Shown here one piece after another: positions 11,284 through 23,000 of a stretch of DNA of 64,000 bases (its first letter is position 1; each line of letters begins with the position of its first letter). The DNA lies in assembly GCA_016748015.1 (NCBI GenBank), contig JAAOMT010000512.1, forward strand, positions 359,806-423,805. Reading direction: 5' to 3'. The notes below the pieces were generated by a model. It did not search any database. It had not been told where the DNA came from and worked only from the letters and a program-made list of their open reading frames with translations. This stretch comes from Geosiphon pyriformis uo1. Its lineage: Eukaryota; Fungi; Glomeromycota. Made by a program: the position numbers and the translations under genes.

Positions 11284-14200
11284 GTGGCGACAAAAACCCC
11301 TAATCTTACTGTTCTTGAATTCTGCCGTGCTATTTACACACAAAATCAAAGTAATCTTGGATTACCAGAAGAGTGTTGTCCAGCAGAATCTGCCCTCACT
11401 TATTATATCAACGCCAGAATAAATTATCATATAGGAAAGGAAAAAAAACCACACAATGCAAAACTTGGATTGTATAGAGAATTATCACAATACACTACAA
11501 AAGAAGTAGCAGTAATAGCCACAACTATTGTCAAAATCCATCGAGAAATTGAGCAATATGCCAACGAAAATTTTCCAATATTCACAGGAAACACTAGGGA
11601 ACATGCCAACAAAACCAAAGAAAATTTAGAAACTAATCAGGAAAGTAACCAGCAAAAACTAGGAACACCAGCTCAAACACTAAAGAAAACTGTCACTCAA
11701 TCAATAAAGAAACAATGTATTTATTCACCAGAAGATAAATCATACCATTTTTCACCAGAAAATAAGATACAAATTCCATTAGGAGCTGCATCATCATCAA
11801 CATCAACTCCACAAATGCCAAGAACTCCTAGTTATATTGATAAAATTAAACAACGTAACTGGGGAGACATACCAATTACAGGAGGATATTCATCACTATT
11901 CCAAAACCCTCTTTTTCAGCCAAAATTTAGAACGGGGTTTGAAAACCATGANNNNNNNNNNNNNNNNNNNNNNNNNACCTTTAGGAACGCTCAAGGAAAT
12001 ATCATCCCACCTCCTCTTAGACCAATAAACCCACCAGCAGAAAACGGCAACGAAATGACCACACCATACATTACAAGACTAACAGATTTCTCAGGAGAGG
12101 AAGAAGAAACGGACGTGCACACATGGCTCAGAGAAGCACAAAAAGCCATCCAGGCAAATAACTGGAACGACCAAAGAGCAATTCAAACATTACCTTTCTT
12201 CCTGAAAGGCACAGCCGACTCGTGGTATTAAAGCCTGGAAACAAAACCCACAAGCTTTGCTGAATTTAAAAATGCACTCCTGGAGTATTTTAGCAACCCA
12301 AACGCCGTAATCCAACTACAAAACAAATTCAATACTATCAAGCAAAATACCGGTGAAACTGTTACCCAATACCTTGCTCGATTCAATCGAATTCACCGTC
12401 AGATTGAAGCGATTGAACAAGGATACTACACTGATCCTCAGGTTTTAAATCAGTTTATTAGAGGATTAAAAAGCAGCATTTTAGGAAGAATACGCCCTGT
12501 TCACCTTAATTCCTTACCAGAAGCCGTTACGCTCACCAGAGCCCTTGAATCAGCTGAGAAAGAAGCTAACCATAGTTAAATGGTTAACATAGTAATGGAG
12601 GAAAATAAGACAGAAACATTAGAGAAAAGAGTAACGCGATTAGGGGAAGAACTCTCTAAGAAAATAGAAAGTTACCTCATCCCGGATCCGAGAAAAAATA
12701 CATACCAACCCCCCCAAAGACGCAGCCAGGAAGTCAGCAACAGTTGAAATAATCACTCATCACGCCAGGAATTCAGAACAGAAACACACACCTGCCATTT
12801 TTGCAAATGCATAGGACATTTGATTAGTCAATGTCGAATGTGAATGATGCAGGAAACACGCGAAAATAATTACTACACGCTACCCCAAATGCCTAGAAAC
12901 CAGTACACGCCAATATCACGCCAATATCCTACCACGTATCAAAATCAAGGAGCTTACCAGCAACAGCCCATAATAGCCAACCCGAATTGGCATCCCGAGG
13001 CCCGAAATCAGCCTATGTGGAACCAGAACGCGTTGGTCTAGAGGAATCCAAACTGCGCCGGAACCAATCAGCAAACCAATCCAAACTACCAAAATTATCA
13101 ACAAACTTACCTTAATATACCGGAAAACCTGATCATTGGAAACAATAATGGTAGAAACATAAACAGAACCAAGAATTCCTCCAAATTGAGCCAGACAATA
13201 CCACCAGCAGTTGCCACCGAAGATAGCAGCCTCGCAGCTATTTTTTCTTTTGAATTAGAGGAAAACGAGGCTATGTTCAGTGGAGCAGCATTGGACGAAA
13301 AATGCCCAATCACTGCTATGTATACGAAAGCCACTGTAAACAATACCCCAATCAAACTTATCTTAGACAGCGGATCTGCTGGAAGCATCGTAACGCTTCA
13401 ACTAGTAAACCAACTGGGTTTCAAAGTTGATCGTGCCACGACGTTCCAAATCATAACAGCCGATGGAAGTACAAAGCTGCCTCATGGCGAAATTGACTCA
13501 TTCTCTTTCAAAATTAACGACATAGTAATACCTACAAAAGTATTAGTAATGGACGCTACACAATATCAAGCGTTAGTAGGGAATGACTGGCTAACAAAAG
13601 CCAATGCCACCCTAGACTGGACCACCCAAGAGCTTTTGATCAATTATAATGGCCACCAGGCCAAAATTCCAGCCACCTGTGGCCACTTTCAAAAACCCAG
13701 TGCCAACCAAAGACCTATCTTCGAATTTGAGAAAAATCCAGCACTACCAGCCATCGAAACCTATCAGCTCTCTTGGGCTGATGACCAAAGAACAGGACTA
13801 CCAGCCGTACCAACGTGGACCAGCAAAGAAAGATCCGAATGGAACCAGGTAAGTTTACAAAGAAACCACCAGCGATGCAGACCAAAGCTAGAATGCTCGG
13901 TTTGCAAGAAGAAACTCTCGTCTATGACTACGTGCAGTGCACCAGATGAAGACCCAAGAAACCCCACCCACTACTATTGTAACCGTTGTAACAAAGAAAA
14001 ATACAGTTACCCAGAAAGACACGGAAAATAGGACGAGGAACCGTGTCTCGCTTGTGGAGAACCATTACCAAGAGGGTGCAACTGGAACGACTTACCAGGT
14101 AGAGGAGAAACGTGTGACGCAACTTGCCAATACATGATCCTCATCTGTGACTGGGTAAGAGGAGGAATGCCGTTCGAAGCAGTGTTCAACAGAGTGTTAA

Positions 14201-16884
14201 AAAGACTACAGCACTACCCACACGACGAGGACGAGTTGTACAACACCACACAAGCCAAAATAAGAGGAGGAACCGCTGAAAAAATACGACGTTGGAAAGA
14301 GTCAGCCAAAGTAGCCGACGAAGTTGCCAGCTACAACATGTTCGACCCAGTGGACAAATTCCAGGACTACTACCAACAACTATGCCCCACTCAACAAGAG
14401 CAAGAACAATACCTCGCCCAAATCAACACTTACCTCTGCGAAAACTGTCTCATCCCATGCCAAAATCAGTGCTGTGAAGAGTGTTAAGACGAAAGGGACT
14501 TAGAAAGAAAAATGGAAATTGAGAATCAGCAGTCTCAAAATCAATCAATAAATCAACAAGACTCACCTGACGGTCCCAAGTCAGAAAAATTTGTAGCCTA
14601 TACCGACCTAGAACAGGTGACCAACATCCAATACTTTGACAACGGGCACTTAGGAATAATACCCGAAAGAGCTCATCCAACCAATGCCGAATTTGATCTA
14701 CGTTATCCAGAAGACCAATCCACAACGTTACCACCCAGGAGCATCACCAAAATTGACCTAAAAATAGTGGTTGAAATTCCGCCAGGAATAATGGTTCAAA
14801 TGGCGTCGCGATCAAGCCTCGCGAAAAAAGGAATAAGCATTCAAGGAGGAGTAATTGACTCCGAATATACTGGAAATTTGATGGTTTTGCTACAGAACAA
14901 TTCAGAAAAGCCTTATACCATTGAATCTAAGGAAAAGATTGCACAAGCAATTTTCCTACCATTGGTAAAAATTGGGAAATTTGTGCCAGTGAAAAATCGT
15001 GAGAAATTGTCACAAACAATGAAAGAAACTTTTGGTTTCAGATCGACAGGAAAAGGAATTGAAGCGAATTTCGCTGAAACAATAGAGGAAAAAGGCAAAG
15101 TAATTAAAAATGAGCGGTCCATCACACTCCTACCATATAGAAAATCAGAAATAAGAATAAAAAAGACAATTAAAGAAAAAGACCTAATATTTGAGCCCTA
15201 CCCAGAAACTTGCCAACAGTTTCTTATAGGACTTACTAACGTTTTTATTCCAGCTGATAAAGCTCAATGGATAAAAATTCCTATTGCAAACACCACAGAA
15301 GAACCTGTCTACATTCTGGAAGATACCATCATTGGATACCTCGGAACGGAGCTAGAAAATGCGTCAACACCACAAGAAATTCTAAATTTCTCAGAAATCG
15401 CTCTCTACTGTGAACTCACTTCAATAAATTGGCAACAACTGTTAGAATGCTATCAATTTACGCCAGAAGAATTGGCCAAATTAAACATTGGAACAATGGA
15501 TCCTGACCAATAGCAACAATTAAAAGCATTAATTTTAAAATACTCTGATATATTTTCAAGAAATGGCGAATTTGGAAGAACCAACTTGGTTCAACACCAA
15601 ATCCCCACTGGAGATGCCAGACCTGAAAAACAACACGCTTACCGTGTCCCACCAATGGAGCATAATTTTATCAGAGAAGAAGTCTGAAGCATGTTAGAAA
15701 AAGGAATAATACAACCATCAATAAGCCCATGGTCCTCACCAGTTGTTTTAGTAAGGAAAAAGAACGGAAAAATTAGATTTTGCGTCAACTATCGCAAACT
15801 AAACAGCAAAACAACCAAAGACTTATACCCAATACTGTTAATTGACGAAATCTTCGACGTTTTTGGAGGAGCAAAATGGTTTTCTACACTGGACTTGACC
15901 AGTGAGTACTGGCAAGTGGAAATGGACCCAAAGGACAGGCATAAAACAGCATTCACAACACAAAATGGCAATTATGAGTTCAATGTAATGCCATTTGGAT
16001 TAACAAATGCTCCCGTGACATTCCAAAGACTAATGGACGTAATTTACTCCGGAATCCTGTGGCAATCTGTTGTTGTCTACTTGGATGATACAAATGTTTT
16101 TTCGTCAAAATTCACAGATCATCTCCAACATTTACAACAAGTTTTTGAGAGATTAAGACACGCTGAACTTAAACTAAATCTAGAAAAATGTTTCTTTGGG
16201 AAAAATGAGCTAGCATTTTTAAGACACGTAGTTGGAAAAGATAGAATAAAACCAGATCCATCAAAAATAGACAAAGTGAAAAATTTTCCAGTATCTCGAA
16301 ACGTTTCAAAAGTTAGAAGCTTTTTAGAACTCGCATCTTACTACCGCCACTTTGTAGAAAACTTTTCAAACATCGCCAAACTCCTTAATTACCTACTATC
16401 TAAAAATGTGAAGTTTGAATGGACTGAAGCACAACAAAAAGCTTTTAAGTACTTTAGACAAAAGCTCATTGAATCACCAATAATGATCTATCCGAATTTC
16501 AACAAGAAATTCATTTTGGCCACAGATGCCTCTGGAACTGGACTTGGAGCCATTCTGTCACAAAAAGATGATAATGGAAGAGAATGTGTAATCGCTTATG
16601 CCAACAGAAGTCTCAGTACAGCAGAACAAAACTACGCAGCACATGAACTTGAATGCTTAGCAGTAGTCTGGAGTTGTGTTTACTTTGACACATATTTACA
16701 GTACCAACCCTTTGAGATTATGACAGATTATAGAGGTCTGGTCTGGTTAAATAACAAGAAAGTGCTAAAAGAAAAATACGCCAGATGGTCACAAACGTTA
16801 GCACCATACGATTATATTATCAAATACAAAGAAGGTACCAAAAATGCTAATGCCGACTGTTTGTCAAGAATGAGACACACATAA
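11284..16884 (+). pseudogene. gag-pol: Gag-PR-Cys-rich-dUTPase-RT-RNase H polyprotein of copy D, with nonsense codons
   Basis: All ORF pieces (11284, 12844, 13186, 14134, 14512, 15691) in one frame; CHFCKCIGH...C knuckle; PR LILDSGSAGS; dUTPase SRSSL/GGVIDS.YTG/KIAQAI; RT VVYLDD; RH LATDAS, ELECLAVVW, NANADCLSR; stop at 16884. Confidence 0.95.
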
Positions 16885-16913
16885 AAATCACCAACCCACT
16901 CGCCACAACAACA

Positions 16914-19051
16914 ATGAACAACCACCTTTACAAAAACCTCAGCCAATACTTAGAAACACTACAAATAGACAAAGAAATGCCAGTAAAAGAGCTAATTAAG
17001 CTCCAAAAATTAGCAAAACACTATTTCATCCAAAATTACATACTTTATTACTGGAATCAACAAAATCCAGATAATCTATTAAGAGTTATAACCACGGATG
17101 AAAAAGAAACTATCTTATTTAACATGCACTCAGATATTCATTCAGGCCACTTTGGANNNNNNNNNNNNNNNNNNNNACATATGAATTAATGGGAACTTTA
17201 GAAAACAAAAGAAGAAAAGCAGCACAAAATATTGAACAATCACAAGAACAACAAAAAGTGAGACATGATAACCAGTTACCAGATAATATAATTAGCTACA
17301 AAATTGGAGATAAAGTATTGTTGCATCATACAAAAATGGAAAAACAGTGGAGTGGAAAATTTGATCACAAGTGGGATGGACCATTTTATATTCACGAAGT
17401 ACTTGGAAATGAAGCATACAAGCTAAGACTAGATGATAAAATATTAAGAAAAGCAGCACATGGTAACCGGCTGAAATTCTATTACAGTAAACCAGTAATA
17501 ACAACAAAAACACCCAGAATTGGAACACAATTACCTTTAATTCTACCAGAACAAATTCCACGAGATTTAGAACCAATAGTTTTAATTGAACATTATTCGA
17601 AAAGATAATTAATCTTAGANNNNNNNNNNNNNNNNNNNNCCACAACAACAATGAACAACCACCTTTACAAAAACCTCAGCCAATACTTAGAAACACTACA
17701 AATAGACAAAGAAATGCCAGTAAAAGAGCTAATTAATCTCCAAAAATTAGCAAAACACTATTTCATCCAAAATTACATACTTTATTACTGGAATCAACAA
17801 AATCCAGATAATCTATTAAGAGTTATAACCACGGATGAAAAAGAAACTATCTTATTTAACATGCACTCAGATATTCATTCAGGCCACTTTGGAAAAACAG
17901 CAACCATCCAACGTGCAACTAGTCATTACTATTGGCCAAAAATGAGTTCAGACATAATCCAATACATAAGAAATTGTGACCCATGCCAATGAAGAGGAGG
18001 AGCAAAAACAACGGAATTATTAAGACCAATAAAAGTTGGACAGTCATTTGACAGAATCGGAATTGATTTAGTTGGACCCTTACCAATAACAACAAGAAAC
18101 AACCATTATATTGCAGTAGCCATGGACTATCTCACCAAATGGCCAGAAGCTAGAGCTATTAAAACAGCTGATGCTATTTCTGTAGCTCAATTCGTACATG
18201 AAGACTTAATTTGCTGACATAGATGTCCACAAGAATTGCTATCAGATCAAGGCACACACTTCGTAAACAGCACCTTAAAAGAACTTAGCCAAAAATTTGG
18301 AATCAAGCGACTACTGTTATCACCATACTACTCTCAAACAAATGGATTAGTTGAAAGATTTAATCACACATTATGCGGATCACTGGTGAAAATTAGTAAC
18401 GAACATGAAAAAGAATGGGATTTGTTCATACCAGCAGTACTACTAGCATATAGAACAGTAAAACAAGATACTACACAATTCACACCGTTTGAACTAGTTT
18501 ATGAAAGAAAAGCCACATTACCCATTGAACTTATTATCCCAACTTATCCAAGTGACACTATCACGGAAGCAACATTCTAGGAAACACTACTTAGAAGAAC
18601 ATATGAATTAATGGGAACTTTAGAAAACAAAAGAAGAAAAGCAGCACAAAATATTGAACANNNNNNNNNNNNNNNNNNNNNNNNNNNNNNNNNNNNNNNN
18701 NNNNNNNNNNCAAAAATGAGTTCAGACATAATCCAATACATAAGAAATTGTGACCCATGCCAATGAAGAGGAGGAGCAAAAACAACGGAATTATTAAGAC
18801 CAATAAAAGTTGGACAGTCATTTGACAGAATCGGAATTGATTTAGTTGGACCCTTACCAATAACAACAAGAAACAACCATTATATTGCAGTAGCCATGGA
18901 CTATCTCACCAAATGGCCAGAAGCTAGAGCTATTAAAACAGCTGATGCTATTTCTGTAGCTCAATTCGTACATGAAGACTTAATTTGCTGACATAGATGT
19001 CCACAAGAATTGCTATCAGATCAAGGCACACACTTCGTAAACAGCACCTTA
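16914..19051 (+). pseudogene. int: Integrase ORF of copy D, scrambled and duplicated across scaffold gaps
   Basis: Own ATG at 16914 (repeated at 17651); HSDIHSGHFG...CDPCQ zinc finger, RIGIDLVGP, LSDQGTHF, NGLVERFN (DDE), WDGPFYIHEV (GPY/F). Confidence 0.9.
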
Positions 19052-19191
19052 NNNNNNNNNNNNNNNNNNNNNNNNNNNNNNNNNNNNNNNNNNNNNNNNN
19101 NACACAGTATTGAACCACTATAGTAACTTAGAATTTAATGAAGAAATTAACTTTGATTTCGACGGAGCTCAATCTTGAAAGGAGGGGATAA

Positions 19192-20035
19192 TGTTACGGT
19201 TTAAAAATTTAGCAAAAAGAATCATAAAAATAATACAAACTATTCAATCATAATATAGCACAGTAATAATCTTAGAAAGGTAATGATTAACATAATAGCA
19301 AACACCATCTTGCGATAGTGGCAAGCACCAGTTCACAATAGCAGCCAACACCAGGTTGAAATATCAAAAAGAAAGTATTTTCTTGTAGAACTACAAACAT
19401 GTATATATACAGTAGTTTTAATATTGGGAAATAATCAATCAAGTAATAAAAATCATAACTTATCAAGCAACAGATCCAATTTTATCCAACAAACTCCACT
19501 TTAAATCATACTTTCAAATTAAATATCCCAAGAAACCTTTAAAAATCAAAAAGAAATGAAAAAGAATATTTAAAACGAAACTATCACAATCCAAAGTATT
19601 AAGAAACTTACTTGTATTATTTATTGAATGAAACTATCATTCATCAACCGAATCCCTTGGAAGAATAATCCTTGATCAAGATTATTCACGTTGTTACTAA
19701 TTGATAAAAGCTTTATTGTGAGAATTAGAAAAATGCTAAAGACCATTAACATTCTGTGTTTCTAGATTAGAGAAACACATCAGGCAATTGCAAGGATAGC
19801 CTCAGAGAAGACCCCAGACAGTGGGTAGATTTCAGTTCAGCCTTTAAGAAGGAGTACATAAACCCACACAACAATCAAGAATTAAAGAATAACTTACATC
19901 GCAACAGTAAAAAGAAAGCCTTCAGTGTAACAGTGACATTATCACACAAATAGAATTGAGGAACTCACAAAAGACTGATTGCAATTAAAGCGGGATATTA
20001 GCAATTAAATATAACAAGAAAACCATCCTGTAACA
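19192..20035 (+). repeat. 3' LTR of Gypsy copy D (844 bp)
   Basis: Preceded by PPT; lacks one 23-bp U3 repeat unit relative to the 5' LTR. Confidence 0.97.
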
Positions 20036-20066
20036 ACGGAAATAACACAGCAACAACAAATTCAAA

Positions 20067-23000
20067 GTGGCAACCGTCTCAGACATCACAATCTTAGAGT
20101 ACTATTAATCAATTTATACACACTGCAAACAACAATTTGAAATACGCGACGAAATCATAGCTTTCAAGAAAACATTTTTTCAATACATCGAAAATCGAAT
20201 TAATGACTACTTCTTTGGAAACTATAACATTACAACAGTTAAAAGAGATCTTCTTGAGAACATACTCCACTATTCCAACACTAAATCAGAAAACATTAGT
20301 GCTGAAGCTTGCGCTACTTATTTTGAAGAACTTGATTATAATATCATTTAATTCTGTGAAGAAAAATATCCTGCAAATGCACAATTTATCTTTGAACTCG
20401 AATCTGAACCTGAAACCAGTAGCAACAAAAGACAAAGAGATAACCAATCTGTTCACACATTACCCAATACTCCCAAAATATCATTCAAACATTTACAAAC
20501 ACCTGAACAAAGAACCAGTTCAAAACTTCTACTTACTATCACATCTTTTCCAGCTTCACTTGCACAAGCACAAATACCTAATTCACTCTTGAATCGATTT
20601 GCAAGACCAGAAGATTTTACATCACTCAGAAGTCTCACCAAACAACAAGAACCCCTTCAAACTAGTTCTAATCTTCTTGACTTTCTAGCTGAAAACCAAA
20701 GTGAACACTCTGAGACAGCAGCAAATGAAGAAAACAAACCTGAAATATCTGAAAAAGAATTAATAGATAGTGAAAACAAAGAAGACAAAATGACAACATA
20801 AATCGCAAAAATCCCTGAATTTAATGGAGAAGACATTGAGACCAGTCCCCAAAAATGGCTCGACCAAGTTACTAAAGCTGGAGATGCAAATGGATGGAAT
20901 GCTGCCAGAATGTTAAAAACAATTCTCTACTTTCTTAAAAAAACAGCAGGAGAATGGTTTGAAAACCTTGCTGTCCCATTCAATGATTGGAACGCTTTCA
21001 AAGCAGCCTTCCTTGAACAGTTCACCGACAATAACACCTCCATCACTCTTCGCAATTGTTTTCGAAATATCAAACAAGAACTCTCCGAATCTGTTATGAC
21101 TTATATTGGGAAATTCAACAAACTTCTCAGACAAATTCGCCAACTCGAGACAAATGATTATTATTCCGATGCTTAAATCTTGGATCAATTTATCGCTGGT
21201 CTAAAAGATAAACTTATTAAAAAGGTTTGCCCACATGCGCCAGAAGATTTAAACTCTGCCATACAGCATGCAAAAAGATATGAAATGGCCATAGAAGAGG
21301 CCAACCACACAAAACTTGTAAATTTGGCAATTGGAGAAACCAGCTCAGCAGCTGAGGAAAAAATTGACCAACTCACAAAGAAGGTTGAAAACTATTTCAC
21401 CAATCAACAACAACAGCAACCCCAAAAATATCAACCACTCCAAAGACGAAATCAAAATAACTTTGCACTACTTTCCAATAACCGGTCTCAGAATTGCCAT
21501 TACTGTGGAATCTCTGACCACTGGAAAAAAGATTGCAGAAAGCTACAATGAGACTAACAAAATAGGAGTAATCAATGTTACCCTTCACCACAGCAATCAT
21601 ATTATCAACCACCACCACCAACTTACTATCCACCAAGACCCCAATACCAAAATAACTATTATCAGCCAGTCCCACAGCCAATCCAACAGCAATACCAACA
21701 ACCACCCACACAACATTATCAAGTATCTACTCGAAGACTGAGTATACAAAATCAATTCACACCACAAAACCGATACCAAGTAAACAACAATAAAATCAGT
21801 TCAAACAACCAATTGGTTCCCCAAAATACCACTCAACCAAGACCCAACCACTACCATACTCAACCCAATTATTTAACAATGCCAGAAAAATAGAATTTTC
21901 ACCATACTGCACTCTCGAAAGGTAGAGCTGCAGCACAACAACAAAACCCTTCCTATACTCCCACCACAATTCTACCAGCCAGAATCGCTGAAAACTCTAA
22001 CCTTTCAGATATATTTCCTTTTGAGTTCGAAGCAAATGAGTCACCATTTCTGCTTAGCAATACAGCCACCAATAAACAAAAAGCAATCACGGCCATGTAC
22101 ACTAAAGCCAAAGTCAAAGGAAAGACAATTTGCTTGATTCTAGACAGTGGATCTGCTGGAAGCATTATTACCTACCAGTTAATGCAACAGTTGAAAAAGA
22201 ATGTTGACCGACCAGCTCAAATAGTAATTGTCACTGCTGATGGCATGAAAAAGACTCCAGTAGGAGAAATTGACAATTTTCCGTTTACTCTTGATGGAAT
22301 TACCATTCCAGTCAAAGTTCTTGTAATGGATGCACCCCAATACCAAGCTCTCATTGGAAATGATTGGCTTCAAAAAGCCAATGCTAATCTGAATTGGAAA
22401 ACACAAGAGTTAACAATCTCCTATCAAGGACAACATGCCCGAGTACTTGCCATTTGTGGTACATTCAACAAACACTCTGAAAAAGCCCCAGCTTTTGAAT
22501 TCGAACCGGAAGAAGAAAAACCCCTCATTGAAACATTCATGGCTCTTGGATCAACGTCCAACTGGGCCGATAAAACAGAACAAGAACATTTTACTTCACA
22601 CTCTGAACCCGAAACCTCTGGATGGAATATCTCTTACTCAAAACCCGAACCAAGGAAACAATGCCCCTATATTCCTCTTAAATGTAAGGACTGCCACAAG
22701 AAACTATTGTTAATGGAAGCCTGCATTTCACTTGAAGAAGAATATGAGAATCATACTTGTTATTACTGCAAGGCTTGCCACAGAGAACAATAGAGCCATC
22801 TAATAAAAAGAAGTGGAAAATGGGACAACACCCCTTGTTTGACTTGTGGAGATATACTACCGGAAAAATGCAATTGGATTGATGTAGCCATGAGAAAAGA
22901 AGTCTGCGATCAGACCTGCCAATATGCTTTATTAATTTCAGAAAAAGTAAAAAGAGAAACACCCTTTAATGTAGCATACAACAGTGCTCTCAACAAACTT

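Larger units (their letters stand above)
10335..20035 (+). mobile_element. Ty3/Gypsy copy D, a divergent and younger family, inserted at the PBS of copy C; contains assembly gaps
   Basis: LTRs 10335-11201 and 19192-20035 (about 98% identical), TSD ATGG/ACGG, PBS TGGTGAACTCTACG, PPT GAAAGGAGGGG, same domain order as B/C but divergent sequence and many intact CpGs. Confidence 0.95.

Noticed and set aside
16900-19101. Apparent tandem duplication and shuffling of integrase segments in D (16914 vs 17651; 17177-17619 out of order; 18711-19051 repeating about 17937-18277)
   Set aside because: The duplicates are essentially identical and every junction abuts an N gap, so this is a scaffolding artefact.
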